Under the pieces are notes generated by a model. The model had not been told where the DNA came from, made no database searches, and saw only the letters and a program-made list of their open reading frames with translations. DNA of 64,000 nucleotides from the NCBI GenBank assembly GCA_977020255.1, contig CDROCS010003739.1, forward strand, positions 1 to 64,000, written 5' to 3'. Origin of the DNA: Obrimoposthia wandeli. Its lineage: Eukaryota. Shown here piece after piece: positions 20,051-31,551 of the stretch (the stretch's first letter is position 1; each line of letters opens with the position of its first letter). The translations under genes and the position numbers were made by a program.

Positions 20051-20078
20051 TTATTAGGTAAAACGTTTTACCTAATAA
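20051..20078. promoter_or_regulatory. Perfect 28-bp palindrome with MalI-operator core
   Basis: TTATTAGGTAAAAC|GTTTTACCTAATAA. Core GGTAAAACGTTTTACC. Confidence 0.7.
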
Positions 20079-20165
20079 GAGTGTTACATGGCGGGAGAGA
20101 ACCTGATATGCCAAACCAGACAGTCAATTGACCGTGTCAGACAACGTGCATGTGAACGAGGTGGA

Positions 20166-20969
20166 ATGATGGAACAACAACAATTTATGCCCCAATTAGT
20201 TGAGCAATTGCCCACAGATGTCTTTATTCATTATTTCCATATCGCCGCAGGTACAGAAACCTTACCCCATCATCATCGTTGGGGGCAGGTGCACCTTATT
20301 AAGCATGGTGTACTAGAGATGGAAGTTGAAGGGCAGAAAATGGTGTCGCCTGCTGGGTACGCCATTTGGACTCCTGCGAATGTGGTTCACCGAGCTTATA
20401 ACCGTAAAGAGATCGAATATTGTGCGATTAACATTAATCAGCACCTTGTGGCTCAGTTGCCTCAGCAGGCCTGCATGATTGCATTATCTCCTTTAGTGCA
20501 GGCAATTATTGATGATTTGGTGCATCGAGAAGTGGCGGCAGTTGATAACTATCAAGATCAATGCCTGACTGATGTTCTGATTGCACGTCTCGCCTCTGCT
20601 AAGCGTATGGATAATTTTCTACCCACTACATCAGATACTTTGTTGAGTCCAATTCTAGCCTCTCTGGAGGCCGATCCTGCAGACAATCGTTCATTGGGGG
20701 CTTGGGCTAAACACGTGTATTCCACTGAGCGTACATTAACCCGTCGTTTTCAGCGTGAATTGAAGATGAGCTTTAATGAATGGCGACAGCGCTTAAAGGT
20801 GGTTCATGCTCTGCATTTATTAAAGTTACGGTATTCGACTAATGATGTCGCTTTTAGCCTTGGCTACAGCCAAGCCTCATCATTTATAAAAATGTTCCGT
20901 CGTCAAACTGGTATGACGCCAGAGGTTTACCGCTCGAAATTACTAATAACCCAGCAAAGCGAAAGGTAA
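20166..20969 (+). CDS. AraC-family regulator with cupin sensor (NimR/YeaM-like)
   Basis: HHHRWGQV cupin, C-terminal double HTH (VAFSLGYSQASSFIKMFRRQTGMTP). GAGG SD favours the ATG at 20166 or 20169 over 20088. Confidence 0.9.
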   Translation: MMEQQQFMPQLVEQLPTDVFIHYFHIAAGTETLPHHHRWGQVHLIKHGVLEMEVEGQKMVSPAGYAIWTPANVVHRAYNRKEIEYCAININQHLVAQLPQQACMIALSPLVQAIIDDLVHREVAAVDNYQDQCLTDVLIARLASAKRMDNFLPTTSDTLLSPILASLEADPADNRSLGAWAKHVYSTERTLTRRFQRELKMSFNEWRQRLKVVHALHLLKLRYSTNDVAFSLGYSQASSFIKMFRRQTGMTPEVYRSKLLITQQSER

Positions 20970-21006
20970 AGCTATGATGAAAAGGCCTCGATTGTAAGGA
21001 AACTTG

Positions 21007-21213
21007 ATGCTAATAAATATAAAAGCTCACTTGAAGCAATGGATGCAAAAGAGTTGTACGGCGGAGTTGCAAGGTGGTGTGGATGAACAAGCGTTAGGGC
21101 GGTTATCTGATGGGGAACTAAAAGCCTTGGCAACGGATGGTAAAAGCAAAAATGAAAAGTATGCCGCTCAGCAGTTACGGTTAAAAAGGGCGATGAAAGA
21201 AAGAGAGGAATAA
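21007..21213 (+). CDS. Small charged hypothetical protein or 3' gene remnant
   Basis: AAGGA SD 6 nt before ATG 21007. Helical, charged C-terminus. An alternative frameshifted reading exists (see findings). Confidence 0.4.
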   Translation: MLINIKAHLKQWMQKSCTAELQGGVDEQALGRLSDGELKALATDGKSKNEKYAAQQLRLKRAMKEREE

Positions 21214-21221
21214 AAATACGA

Positions 21222-21256
21222 CAAAAAAAAAGGCTCGCACCCAAAAGTGCAAGCCT
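21222..21256 (-). terminator. fis terminator
   Basis: Minus strand gaggcttgcac-ttttgg-gtgcgagcc followed by a T-tract. Confidence 0.8.
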
Positions 21257-21287
21257 CAATAATAATTGCGTTACTAAACCTTTCGGT

Positions 21288-21584
21288 TTAGTTCATGCCG
21301 TATTTCTTTAGCTTCTTACGAAGTGTACCGCGGTTGATACCCATCATAGTTGCTGCACGTGTTTGGTTACCACGTGTGTACTGCATGATTGTATCTAATA
21401 GCGGTTGCTCAACCTCTGCAAGCACTAGCTCGTACAGATCGTCGACTTCCTGACCATTTAACTGAGCAAGATAGTTTTTTAGCGACGCTTTAACAGAGTC
21501 ACGTAGTGGTTTCTGTGTGATTTGGTCTTGTGACGTTACAGTTGTTACTGTTAACGCTTCGGAAGTCAGATTTTGTTCGAACAT
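21288..21584 (-). CDS. fis: DNA-binding regulator Fis
   Basis: [49 protein letters not shown]. Confidence 0.99.
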   Translation of the reverse strand: MFEQNLTSEALTVTTVTSQDQITQKPLRDSVKASLKNYLAQLNGQEVDDLYELVLAEVEQPLLDTIMQYTRGNQTRAATMMGINRGTLRKKLKKYGMN

Positions 21585-21607
21585 AATTCTGTAAGCTCTT
21601 CTAGTAT

Positions 21608-22573
21608 TTATGCAACGTTTTCGAAGTAGCCTTGCAGCGCATCGATTTGCTCTTGAGCATTCTCGAGTGCGTTGAAGGACCGACGGAAATCACCAGCTGG
21701 TGCATGTTCTTTTAAGTACCAAGACACGTGTTTACGTGCAATGCGCAACCCTAAATATTCACCGTAGAAACGATGAAGTTCTTGAACATGTCCCAACATA
21801 ATGCCACTTACCTCATCCATAGATGGGGCAGGCAGGTATTCGCCGGTTGTTAAGTAATGCTGGATTTCTCTAAAAATCCACGGTCGCCCTTGTGCAGGTC
21901 GACCAATCATCAAAGCATCTGCACCCGTATAATCGAGTACAAAGCGAGCCTTTTCCGGTGAATCGATATCACCGTTAGCAATTACCGGAATTGATACCGC
22001 TTGTTTAGCTGCTTTGATGTAGTCATATTCCGCTTCACCTTTGTACATGCAAGACTTCGTTCGCCCATGAAGCGCTAAAGCTTGAATGCCACATTGTTCC
22101 GCGATTTTAGCAATGTCGACACAGTTACGGTTGTCTAAATCCCAACCTGTACGCGTTTTTAGCGTAACAGGTACATCGACTGCACCCACAACGCTACGAA
22201 GAATTTCTTCGATCAACGCAGGGTGTTGCAGTAATGCAGAACCAGCCAAGCGTTTATTAACCTTTTTCGCTGGACAACCCATGTTGATATCGATGATTTG
22301 CGCACCGTTCTCAACACTAAATTGTGCAGCTTCAGCCATCAGCTTTGGATCTGCTCCTGCAATTTGAACCGAGCGAATCCCCGATTCACCTTCATGAACC
22401 ATTCGGTTCTGCGATTTAGCCGTTTTCCATAAATCTGGATTCGATGACATCATCTCGCTAACAGCCATTCCTGCGCCGTAGCGAAGGCATAGTTCACGAA
22501 ATGGCCGATCGGTCACACCCGCCATTGGCGCGACTATCAGCTGGTTGTTTAGTTGATATGGACCGATTTGCAA
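21608..22573 (-). CDS. dusB: tRNA-dihydrouridine synthase B
   Basis: [29 protein letters not shown]. Upstream of fis. Confidence 0.97.
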   Translation of the reverse strand: MQIGPYQLNNQLIVAPMAGVTDRPFRELCLRYGAGMAVSEMMSSNPDLWKTAKSQNRMVHEGESGIRSVQIAGADPKLMAEAAQFSVENGAQIIDINMGCPAKKVNKRLAGSALLQHPALIEEILRSVVGAVDVPVTLKTRTGWDLDNRNCVDIAKIAEQCGIQALALHGRTKSCMYKGEAEYDYIKAAKQAVSIPVIANGDIDSPEKARFVLDYTGADALMIGRPAQGRPWIFREIQHYLTTGEYLPAPSMDEVSGIMLGHVQELHRFYGEYLGLRIARKHVSWYLKEHAPAGDFRRSFNALENAQEQIDALQGYFENVA

Positions 22574-22598
22574 TGTCTGTTCCTGACTGTGCCAGTAA

Positions 22599-22634
22599 GG
22601 GCGCGCATTTTACGCATTTTTTCCCTTTCTGAAA
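22599..22634 (-). promoter_or_regulatory. dusB-fis promoter with GC-rich stringent discriminator
   Basis: Minus strand TTTCAG-N16-TAAAAT-GCGCGCCC. Confidence 0.65.
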
Positions 22635-22745
22635 AGACCAATAATTGAGCATTTAGTTTTTGTTTAACAAAAATGTATGTTTTTCAATCAATTGCCTATT
22701 TTTTGCACAGTAAAAAAGGTAAATTAAAATGGTTAGTGGCGAAAA

Positions 22746-23630
22746 TTACGCCTTACAACCAGAAATTCGGCACCACTCATCACGTGCAACAACTGGGTCT
22801 AATGCCAATTCGTCACTGTAATATGTAGATACGTCTTCAGCTTGAATTTCCAATACACCTGAAATTGCTAGCTTACCGCCCGGCTTCACAAGGCTTTTTA
22901 TTACAGGTGAAAGCTCACGTAATGGGCCCGCAAGAATGTTTGCCACAACCACATCAGCTAGTACATCAGTTGGCTGATCTTGAGGTAAGAAAAGCTCTAA
23001 TTTATCTGAAACACCGTTACGTTCTGCGTTATCGCGTGATGCTTGAATAGCTTGTGGATCGATATCGATACCAATGACTTTCTTTGCACCTAGCTTAAGT
23101 GCAGCAATGGCTAAAATGCCAGAGCCACAACCGAAGTCGACAATGGTTTTATCGGTTAAATCTTGACCGTCAAGCCACTCTAAACATAACGACGTTGTTG
23201 GGTGAGTACCTGTACCGAATGCTAGACCTGGGTCAAGTAGTACATTAACCGCGTTTGGCTCTGGTGCTTCACGCCAGCTTGGGCAAATCCATAAACGACG
23301 ACCAAAACGCATAGGGTGGAAATTTACCATCCACTCACGTTCCCAATCTTTATCTTCTAATTGCTCGATTTTGTGAGCAAAGCCTTCAGCAATTAGAGGG
23401 CTGTTCTTTAGCATGTTCAGCACGAAATCCATGTCGGCTTCAGCATCGTATAACCCAATAACATCAGTATCACCCCACAGGCGAGTTTCACCTGGCATTG
23501 GTTCGAATACTGGTGTGTCTTGTGCGTCAAGGAAAGTGGCAGATAAAGCCCCTGTTTCTTCCATTAACATATCGCCAATCGCTTCCGCATTTTCAGCAGT
23601 TGCGTTTAGTTTGATTTGAATCCAAGGCAT
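22746..23630 (-). CDS. prmA: Ribosomal protein L11 methyltransferase
   Basis: [40 protein letters not shown]. Confidence 0.97.
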   Translation of the reverse strand: MPWIQIKLNATAENAEAIGDMLMEETGALSATFLDAQDTPVFEPMPGETRLWGDTDVIGLYDAEADMDFVLNMLKNSPLIAEGFAHKIEQLEDKDWEREWMVNFHPMRFGRRLWICPSWREAPEPNAVNVLLDPGLAFGTGTHPTTSLCLEWLDGQDLTDKTIVDFGCGSGILAIAALKLGAKKVIGIDIDPQAIQASRDNAERNGVSDKLELFLPQDQPTDVLADVVVANILAGPLRELSPVIKSLVKPGGKLAISGVLEIQAEDVSTYYSDELALDPVVARDEWCRISGCKA

Positions 23631-23802
23631 GGCTAATTCGCTTATTATTTGGCTACAGTTTGAACATAAGGGCGAGATTCTAGCATGAAATTTCAGCAAT
23701 CCACACCTATAGTACGTCAATCACATCAGCAGTTTTTATTGATATAAAAAAAGATAACGCCATAGGCGCTATCTTTAAGATGTATAGCAGAGGCTTATCA
23801 GA

Positions 23803-25257
23803 TCAATGCTGTGGTGCGATTACCAGCGCAGGTTTGGTGAGGCTGCCAAGCACAAAAGCAATCAGGCCAACGCCCAATGTGGGCACGATGGCATGTAACC
23901 CCCCTAAGTCGGGCTTAATAATCGATAAGCTAATATAGCAAACCAATCCTGATACCATTGACGCTAACGCCCCTGTCGCCGATGCCTTTTCCCAGTATAA
24001 CCCGAGCACGAGTGGCCATAAGAACACCGCTTGCATGCCCCCAAAGGCTAATAGATTTAACCAGATGATCATCTCGGGCGGGTTAGTGGCGGCAATAAAA
24101 ACCAAAACAGAAAAGATACCGGTTACCCACAACGATAGCTTAGAAAGGTGCTTGTTGGCGTTAGGCCCTTCAGCGGCTTTAGGGTTGATGTAATTGAGGT
24201 ATAAATCTTTTAATAACGTGGCAGAGGCCTGGATCAGTTGTGAGTCAATGCTCGACATAATGGCTGCCATAGGGCCAGCCAAGAAAATACCTGCCACCCA
24301 AGGGGACAAAACGGTCATCATCAAGGTGGGCATGATCTGATCTGGGCTAGCAATGTCGGGCACGATAGCGCGACCTAATGCGCCTGATAAGTGCATACCT
24401 AGCATTAGGAAAGCCACCATCGCCGTGCTAATCACCATCCCTCTATGCAATGAACGGCTGTCTTTATACGCCATACAGCGTACAGCGGCGTGGGGAAGAC
24501 CAATTACCCCAAAACAGACCAGAATCCAGAAACTCAATATAAAGGGTTGGCTAAGAAAATTATCAGGACCAAAGGGGGTAATCAATGACGGATCAATGTG
24601 GTGTAATTCTGTTATCAGCTCACCGACACTGCCGCCGACATGCACTACACCTGCAAGTAGGGCAATGGTGCCAATAATCATCATAATACCTTGCAACGTA
24701 TCGGTCATTACAACAGCACGAAACCCGCCAATGGTCGTATACAGGCCAACAGTAACGGCAAAGATCATTAACCCTTGTGAATAGGGTAATCCGGTGACCG
24801 TTTGTAATAAGCGTGCGCCACCGACAAATTGCACCACCATGGTGCCAAAGAAAGCGAGCAATAAGGCTAAAGAAGCGAAGATGACGACGGCTTTATTTTT
24901 ATAGCGCGCATATAAAATATCATTAAGGGTTAAGGCATTATGCCGTCGAGCTTCAATGGCGAATTTTTTTCCCAGTACCCCTAGCGTTAACCACGCAGCA
25001 GGCAGCTGGATCATGGCAAGTAATACCCAGCCGAGTCCCATTTTATATGCGGCCCCTGGCCCGCCAATAAATGAGCTGGCACTGGAATAGGTGGCCGCCA
25101 ATGTCATTGCTAATACAAAGCCCCCCATGCTGCGATTACCCATCAAGTATTCGCTTAAGAAGCCTTTAGATGAGGTACTTTTACGTCGACTGAAAAACGC
25201 TAAGGCAAACACAGCGAGCAAATAGATCACTAAAGGAATGAGTATTTGGCTATTCAT
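23803..25257 (-). CDS. panF: Sodium/pantothenate symporter
   Basis: EYLMGNRSMGGFVLAMTL.ATYSSASSFIGGPGAAY. Gene order yhdT-panF-prmA. Confidence 0.93.
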   Translation of the reverse strand: MNSQILIPLVIYLLAVFALAFFSRRKSTSSKGFLSEYLMGNRSMGGFVLAMTLAATYSSASSFIGGPGAAYKMGLGWVLLAMIQLPAAWLTLGVLGKKFAIEARRHNALTLNDILYARYKNKAVVIFASLALLLAFFGTMVVQFVGGARLLQTVTGLPYSQGLMIFAVTVGLYTTIGGFRAVVMTDTLQGIMMIIGTIALLAGVVHVGGSVGELITELHHIDPSLITPFGPDNFLSQPFILSFWILVCFGVIGLPHAAVRCMAYKDSRSLHRGMVISTAMVAFLMLGMHLSGALGRAIVPDIASPDQIMPTLMMTVLSPWVAGIFLAGPMAAIMSSIDSQLIQASATLLKDLYLNYINPKAAEGPNANKHLSKLSLWVTGIFSVLVFIAATNPPEMIIWLNLLAFGGMQAVFLWPLVLGLYWEKASATGALASMVSGLVCYISLSIIKPDLGGLHAIVPTLGVGLIAFVLGSLTKPALVIAPQH

Positions 25258-25531
25258 GATCACTGTCCTTTTCAATTTCGAGAGACATATCTTGGTAGAT
25301 GAACTTGACCATTAAGCCGCACAGTACCGTGAAGAGAATGGGACCAATAATACAGGCGAGTAAAAACCACAGCGGAAAGCCCCAATAGAGCTCAGGCAAA
25401 GTTGTTGTAATCTCTGTGGATGAGAAAGCATAGGCCGAAACATACCACCAGATGAAATAGGCAATCGCTAAGCCTACCGCCCATTTAGCCTCTTTATGAG
25501 CCTGACGATAACGTGCAGAGAGTGTTTTCAT
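25250..25531 (-). CDS. yhdT: DUF997 / YhdT membrane protein
   Basis: RYRQAHKEAKWA, GFPLWF..CI. Overlaps the panF start. Confidence 0.9.
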   Translation of the reverse strand: MKTLSARYRQAHKEAKWAVGLAIAYFIWWYVSAYAFSSTEITTTLPELYWGFPLWFLLACIIGPILFTVLCGLMVKFIYQDMSLEIEKDSDHE

Positions 25532-25732
25532 ACACTGTTGTCTCCAATAGTGTTGGCACTACTTCAAAGGGATTGAGAGAAGGAGAGTAATGCTCATACA
25601 AATGAAAAAGGGGGGTATTGTGGCAAAAGTTATTTATCAGTGCCACTGACCTGTATCAATTTGTTAGAAAATCGTGTCGAAGAAAAAGGAAATAACCGTG
25701 AAATAGAGGAGGAATATAATGAAAGGCACATA

Positions 25733-25756
25733 AAAAAGGCCACCCAAAGGTAGCCT
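25733..25756 (-). terminator. accC terminator
   Basis: Minus strand aggctacc-tttg-ggtggcc-ttttt. Confidence 0.75.
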
Positions 25757-25786
25757 CGATTTTTTATTCACGCGTTTATCGCGAAA

Positions 25787-27130
25787 TTATTGTAGACCAA
25801 GTTTCTTCTCTAGATAGTGGATGTTTGCACCACCATGCTGGAAGTTTTCATCTGCCATAATTTCTTGCTGTAGCGGGATATTGGTTTTAATACCATCGAT
25901 GATTGATTCACCTAATGCGTTACGCATACGTGAAATTGCCACATCGCGGTTCTCGCCGTATGAAATCAGCTTACCGATCATTGAATCATAATGCGGTGGT
26001 ACTGTGTAGCCTGAGTAGATATGAGATTCCCAACGAATACCCATGCCACCTGGCGCGTGAAAGCGCGTGATTTTACCTGGGCAAGGTAGGAAACGCACAG
26101 GATCTTCTGCATTGATACGACATTCGATAGCATGGCCACGAATTTGAATATCAGATTGGCTGAATGATAATGGCTGACCAGCTGCAACACGAAGCTGTTC
26201 TTTGATCAGATCAACACCAGTTACCATTTCGGTTACTGGGTGTTCAACCTGAATACGGGTGTTCATTTCAATGAAATAGAACTCACCGTTTTCGTACAAG
26301 AATTCAAATGTACCAGCGCCACGGTAACCGATTTCGATACAAGCACGCGTACAACGTTCGCCGATGAATTTACGCATTTCTTCAGTGATGCCTGGTGCTG
26401 GTGCTTCTTCAACAACTTTCTGGTGGCGACGCTGCATTGAACAGTCACGTTCACCTAAGTGAATAGCATTACCTTGACCATCAGCCATGATCTGAACTTC
26501 GATATGGCGAGGGTTTTCAAGGTATTTCTCCATGTAAACCACATCGTTATTGAAGAACGATTTAGCTTCAGCACGTGTCATCGCGATAGCTTCTGCTAGT
26601 TCAGCTTCAGTACGAACAACGCGCATACCACGACCACCGCCGCCACCAGATGCTTTGATGATGACAGGGAAACCAATACGCTTAGCAAAAGATTTGTTTC
26701 TTGCTTCGTCGTTATCCAATGGGCCATCAGAACCTGGTACACAAGGAACGCCCGCTTTTTTCATTGCGGTAATCGCTGATACCTTGTCACCCATCATGCG
26801 AATAGTTTCCGCTTTAGGGCCAACAAAGATAAAGCCAGAACGCTCTACTTGTTCTGCAAAATCAGCATTTTCAGACAAAAATCCGTAACCAGGGTGAATC
26901 GCAACAGCCCCTGTGATTTCTGCTGCGCTAATGATGCGTGGAACATTCAAATAGCTTTCAGAACTTTTGGCAGAACCAATACATACCGTTTCGTCTGCAA
27001 GTAATACGTGCTTAAGATCGCGGTCAGCTGTTGAGTGAATCGCAACAGTCTTAATGCCTAGTTCTTTACAAGCACGCAGAATACGAAGGGCGATTTCGCC
27101 TCGGTTCGCTATAACTAATTTATCTAACAT
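25787..27130 (-). CDS. accC: Acetyl-CoA carboxylase biotin carboxylase
   Basis: [44 protein letters not shown]. Confidence 0.98.
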   Translation of the reverse strand: MLDKLVIANRGEIALRILRACKELGIKTVAIHSTADRDLKHVLLADETVCIGSAKSSESYLNVPRIISAAEITGAVAIHPGYGFLSENADFAEQVERSGFIFVGPKAETIRMMGDKVSAITAMKKAGVPCVPGSDGPLDNDEARNKSFAKRIGFPVIIKASGGGGGRGMRVVRTEAELAEAIAMTRAEAKSFFNNDVVYMEKYLENPRHIEVQIMADGQGNAIHLGERDCSMQRRHQKVVEEAPAPGITEEMRKFIGERCTRACIEIGYRGAGTFEFLYENGEFYFIEMNTRIQVEHPVTEMVTGVDLIKEQLRVAAGQPLSFSQSDIQIRGHAIECRINAEDPVRFLPCPGKITRFHAPGGMGIRWESHIYSGYTVPPHYDSMIGKLISYGENRDVAISRMRNALGESIIDGIKTNIPLQQEIMADENFQHGGANIHYLEKKLGLQ

Positions 27131-27142
27131 AATAGGCCTCTG

Positions 27143-27592
27143 TTACTCGATGATAACAAGAGGCTGATCGAACTCGATAGCGTCGCCATCTTCAGCAAGA
27201 ATAGCAATAACCACACCCGCTTTATCAGATTGGATTTGGTTCATCATTTTCATCGCTTCAACGATACAAAGCGTGTCGCCAACGTTTACAGATTGACCCA
27301 CTTCAACAAAAGATTTTGCTTCAGGGCTTGGCGCACGGTAGAAAGAACCAACCATTGGAGAAAGAACTTGGTGGCCCGTAGGTTCAGCGGCAACAGGTGC
27401 AGCAACTGTTGCCGCTTCTACAGGTGCTGGTGCTGCAAATTGAGGTGCTGGCATGTACTGCTGTGTAGGTAATGCAGATGCAGGAACATTACGACTGATG
27501 CGTACTGACTCTTCACCTTCAGAAATTTCTAATTCAGCAATACCAGATTCTTCAACCAGTTCAATTAGCTTTTTAATCTTACGAATATCCAT
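27143..27592 (-). CDS. accB: Biotin carboxyl carrier protein
   Basis: [18 protein letters not shown], biotinylation motif EAMKM. Confidence 0.98.
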   Translation of the reverse strand: MDIRKIKKLIELVEESGIAELEISEGEESVRISRNVPASALPTQQYMPAPQFAAPAPVEAATVAAPVAAEPTGHQVLSPMVGSFYRAPSPEAKSFVEVGQSVNVGDTLCIVEAMKMMNQIQSDKAGVVIAILAEDGDAIEFDQPLVIIE

Positions 27593-27619
27593 CTATCTTT
27601 CTCTTTTTATGTTGTTCAG

Positions 27620-28072
27620 TTAGCTTTCTGATTGCAGGCGTCTTACCGCAGCATTCAGGGCGAATTCATAACCATCTGGACCAAGACCGCAAATAACACC
27701 GACTGCTTTATCTGATAGATAAGAGTGATGGCGGAATGGTTCTCTTGCGTGAACATTAGATAAATGCACTTCAATAAATGGAATTGCGACACCGAGTAGA
27801 GCATCACGAATGGCGACGCTGGTGTGGGTGAACGCAGCGGGATTGATAATAATGAAATCCACATTGCCATGAGCTTGGTGGATTGCATCAATCAATTCAT
27901 GTTCTGCATTTGATTGAATGTGATCTAATGTGACGCTTAGATTGGTTGCCTTGACAGTTAAATCAGCAACGAGTTGAGCCAATGTGTGGTGACCGTAGTG
28001 ACCTGGCTCTCTGAGACCTAGTAAATTTAGGTTAGGTCCATTAATAAGTAAAATCCGTTTAACGGTCGACAT
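27620..28072 (-). CDS. aroQ: Type II 3-dehydroquinate dehydratase
   Basis: [39 protein letters not shown]. Confidence 0.97.
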   Translation of the reverse strand: MSTVKRILLINGPNLNLLGLREPGHYGHHTLAQLVADLTVKATNLSVTLDHIQSNAEHELIDAIHQAHGNVDFIIINPAAFTHTSVAIRDALLGVAIPFIEVHLSNVHAREPFRHHSYLSDKAVGVICGLGPDGYEFALNAAVRRLQSES

Positions 28073-28727
28073 CTTGACGTATATCCACTTGTTTTTGAGG
28101 TTTTACTCTAACAACATGCACAGAACTGCAAAGTTGTATCCCGATGAACTAATTTATACTGCCAAACAATGTTTGTTGAGCGATTATAGAGAAATCACCG
28201 CAAATAGCAGCAAAATACTGGTCTAATCACCGAACTTGCCGCGTACACTTGTAAGCTGTATACATATTTTATAATTTTATTAGACGACCATTTTTACCGC
28301 AAGTTCAGCAGAATAGAGGCGAAAATATGGTGATGGTTCCATTTTCTACACATATTGAAGCGGTTTAATCAATTTGAGTGAGTGATTATTGCTGCCGTTA
28401 TCGACTTGTTTTTTGCATACATTTTTTTAGTGTAGCGGTTTTGTTACGCAGATATCGAGACCAAGGTTTAAAAAACCACACGTGCAGCTGTGCGTTTTGT
28501 AAGCAAATCTTTATTTCAGTTGATGTTATACCAACCTAAATAAGTACCTGATCATTTTTACTGGTTAAAATCGATAATAACTACGTTAGATATTTTATAA
28601 TTAGAACCACTAGTTATTTCAATTTCTGTCTTGTTCTTACCGATTTTTCCTGCGCAAATTTATGACCATTTACTTATCCAGATTGGTATTATGATAAAAA
28701 ATAGTCAGTGTTATTGCTGCATCGATA

Positions 28728-28756
28728 AAAAAAACCGCCAGACGGCGGCTTTTTTA
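28728..28756 (-). terminator. acs terminator
   Basis: aaaaaaaaccgcc-agac-ggcggctttt. Confidence 0.75.
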
Positions 28757-28772
28757 AGCGGGTAGCGTTCTG

Positions 28773-30722
28773 TTATAAAATAGTTTGTTTTTCTGCAATA
28801 AGTTTATCAACCACGCTAGGATCAGCGAGTGTTGATGTATCACCCAAGCTGCCAGTATCACCCGTGGCAATTTTGCGTAGAATTCGACGCATAATTTTAC
28901 CGGAACGTGTTTTCGGTAAGGCATCAGTCCAATGTAGGAAGTCAGGGGTCGCAATCGGACCAATTTCTTTACGTACCCAATCTTTCACTTCTTTATGCAG
29001 CTCAGCGCTGGGTATTTCACCATCATTCAGCGTGATATAAGCATAAATTGCCTGACCTTTAATATCGTGTGGTACACCCACAATTGCAGCTTCTGCTATC
29101 TTATCGAAAGCCACTAATGCGGATTCAATTTCAGCGGTACCCATACGGTGACCTGAAACATTCAGTACGTCATCGACACGACCGGTGATCCAGTAGTAAC
29201 CGTCTTCATCACGACGCGCACCATCACCGGTGAAATACATGCCCTGGAAGGTTGAGAAGTAAGTTTGCTCGAAGCGTTCATGATCGCCCCATAAAGTACG
29301 CATCTGCCCAGGCCATGAATCAATCATGACTAAGTTTCCTTCAGCTGCACCTTCTAGGATATTCCCCATATTATCAACGATGGCCGGCTGGACACCGAAA
29401 AATGGACGAGTTGCAGAGCCAGGTTTTAGTGCTGTTGCGCCTGGTAATGGAGAAATTAAGATACCGCCCGTTTCTGTTTGCCACCATGTATCAACAATAG
29501 GGCAACGGCTGTCGCCAATAGTACGGTAATACCATTCCCACGCTTCTGGGTTAATGGGTTCGCCGACTGATCCCATAATTCGCAGTGAGGATCGTGATGT
29601 ACCTTTAATCGCTTCTGTGCCTTTTGCCATTAATGCTCGAATGGCTGTTGGTGCAGTATAAAGAATGCTGACATTGTGTTTATCAACCACTTCACTCATA
29701 CGGCTGGTTGATGGGTAGTTTGGCACACCTTCAAATAGCACGGTTGTTGCACCGTTAGCCAGCGGGCCATACACCAAGTAACTGTGACCGGTGATCCAAC
29801 CCACATCGGCGGTACACCAGTACACATCACCTTCTTGGTAATCGAAAACATATTTAAACGTCATGGTGGCATACACTAAGTAACCACCTGTTGTGTGAAG
29901 AACACCTTTAGGTTTACCTGTTGATCCTGAGGTATACAGAATGAAAAGAGGATCTTCTGCATTCATTTCTTCAGGCTCACAGTGAGAAGATGCGATTGCT
30001 GTTGCTTCATGCCACCACACATCACGTTCACTGTGCCACTCAACATTGCCACCAGTACGTTTCAGTACCATGACTTTTTCGATACTTGTGACCCCTTTAT
30101 TGGCTAAGGCATCATCGACATTCTTTTTCAGCGGTACTGCGCGACCAGCACGAACGCCTTCATCGGCAGTAATAACGACTTTTGCGTTGGAATCAATAAT
30201 ACGGCCCGCAAGTGCTTCTGGAGAGAAACCACCAAATACAATGGTATGTATCGCCCCAATTCGTGTACAAGCCAGCATGGCAATTGCTGCTTCTGCCACC
30301 ATAGGCATGTAAAGACACACCACATCGCCTTTGCGTACGCCTTGGCTTTTCAGTGCATTCGAGAATTTACAGACTTGTTCGTGTAATTCGTTATACGTGA
30401 ACGTGGCATCATCGGTAGGATCGTCGCCTTCCCAAATGATAGCGGGCTGATCGCCGCGAGTCGCGAGGTGGCGGTCAAGACAGTTTGCCGAAACGTTCAG
30501 TGTGCCATCTTCAAACCAATTAACATTGACATGCCCGGTATCAAAAGAAGTGTGCTTCACTTTAGTGAATGGTTTGATCCAGTCTACAATCTGACCGTGT
30601 TCGCGCCAGAAACCTTCAGGGTTGATAACCGATTGTTGGTACATCTCACGATACTGTTCATCATTTACGTGGGCTGTAGCTGCAATCTCTTGATTGACTG
30701 GATAAACATGAACTTCACTCAT
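28773..30722 (-). CDS. acs: Acetyl-CoA synthetase
   Basis: [34 protein letters not shown]. Start at MSEVH. Confidence 0.98.
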   Translation of the reverse strand: MSEVHVYPVNQEIAATAHVNDEQYREMYQQSVINPEGFWREHGQIVDWIKPFTKVKHTSFDTGHVNVNWFEDGTLNVSANCLDRHLATRGDQPAIIWEGDDPTDDATFTYNELHEQVCKFSNALKSQGVRKGDVVCLYMPMVAEAAIAMLACTRIGAIHTIVFGGFSPEALAGRIIDSNAKVVITADEGVRAGRAVPLKKNVDDALANKGVTSIEKVMVLKRTGGNVEWHSERDVWWHEATAIASSHCEPEEMNAEDPLFILYTSGSTGKPKGVLHTTGGYLVYATMTFKYVFDYQEGDVYWCTADVGWITGHSYLVYGPLANGATTVLFEGVPNYPSTSRMSEVVDKHNVSILYTAPTAIRALMAKGTEAIKGTSRSSLRIMGSVGEPINPEAWEWYYRTIGDSRCPIVDTWWQTETGGILISPLPGATALKPGSATRPFFGVQPAIVDNMGNILEGAAEGNLVMIDSWPGQMRTLWGDHERFEQTYFSTFQGMYFTGDGARRDEDGYYWITGRVDDVLNVSGHRMGTAEIESALVAFDKIAEAAIVGVPHDIKGQAIYAYITLNDGEIPSAELHKEVKDWVRKEIGPIATPDFLHWTDALPKTRSGKIMRRILRKIATGDTGSLGDTSTLADPSVVDKLIAEKQTIL

Positions 30723-30827
30723 CGTACTCTCCTTAGTGTTTCCGTTTTTTTGTCCAATCTGGGACCGGATAATATTGTTTGTCGCTGTTGATACTAACTT
30801 CCGATAGATCAACGTTTGCCACAATTA

Positions 30828-30837
30828 GACTTTAGGA
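30828..30837. promoter_or_regulatory. Putative CrbR box upstream of acs
   Basis: GAC-TTTA-GGA, about 105 bp upstream of the start. ACTTTAG core shared with two other sites. Confidence 0.6.
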
Positions 30838-30924
30838 TTAGAGAGCATGATCAATGTAGGAATTGTAGGTATTACATCGAAATTACATAGAAAACCTTGC
30901 ACCACACAAGGCTTATTGCATTAT

Positions 30925-31551
30925 TTACGCAGAACGGAGCGTGGGAATATCACCGTGTGTGAGTCGTACATAAATCAAAGCGGCAGTAATGGTATCTTCG
31001 AGCGCGTCATGGCGCTCTGGTACCGGAAGGTTAAGGTGGCGACTGATGGCTTCTAAACTTAGATCGTAATAAGCATTCGGCAGAAGCCGTTCTAAACGGT
31101 CATGATAAAGGTGGCTTACCTCAACCAATTTATTGGGTAATGCAAAACCAAATAAACGTCGGTAATAGCGATCCAAAATCGTTTTATCATAGCGAATGTG
31201 ATAACCCACTAAAGGACGATTACCGATAAAATTAAGCAGTGTGGTTAAGGCCTCTTTTTCATCTAACCCTGCGCGTAAATCGTGATGGCGAATACGGTGA
31301 ATAGCGATCGAGTTTGCATCTAAACTGATCGGTGCTCTTAGGGTTAAATGGATCGATTGGCTGGTGAGTATGCGATTATCTTTAATAACGGTTGCCGCAA
31401 TGGTGACCAACTCTGCACTGTGCGGATCAAGGCTGGTGGTTTCACAATCTACAGAGACAAGTTCATCGCCCCTATAGCGATTAAAGAGCTGAGCATAAGG
31501 GTTATCTTTTAATTTTCGCTGATACCAATAACGTCGTAATAGGTTCATCAT
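30925..31551 (-). CDS. DEDDh 3'-5' exonuclease (DNA Pol III epsilon-like) partner of the DUF294 protein
   Basis: VSVDCETT, GYHIRYD, RHDALEDT. Coupled to the upstream gene by a TAATG overlap. Confidence 0.9.
   Translation of the reverse strand: MMNLLRRYWYQRKLKDNPYAQLFNRYRGDELVSVDCETTSLDPHSAELVTIAATVIKDNRILTSQSIHLTLRAPISLDANSIAIHRIRHHDLRAGLDEKEALTTLLNFIGNRPLVGYHIRYDKTILDRYYRRLFGFALPNKLVEVSHLYHDRLERLLPNAYYDLSLEAISRHLNLPVPERHDALEDTITAALIYVRLTHGDIPTLRSA

Noticed and set aside
20088-20165. Longer AraC start, and the other upstream-extended starts in the ORF track (UDG, prmA, acs, crbR, groES, epmB, efp, MATE)
   Set aside because: The extensions overlap neighbouring genes or promoters, lack an SD and do not resemble the families. 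Downstream ATGs have better SDs.
20972-21259. 95-aa hydrophobic minus-strand ORF
   Set aside because: Its hydrophobicity is the mirror of an A-rich plus strand, it runs through the fis terminator, and it has no SD.
28216-28232. FadR operator upstream of aroQ-accBC (TACTGGTCTAATCACCG)
   Set aside because: Only one half-site (ACTGGTC) fits. Too weak to call without a PWM scan.
28327-28368. 13-aa ORF with GAGG SD in the aroQ-acs gap
   Set aside because: No downstream gene on that strand and no informative codon bias. Expected by chance.
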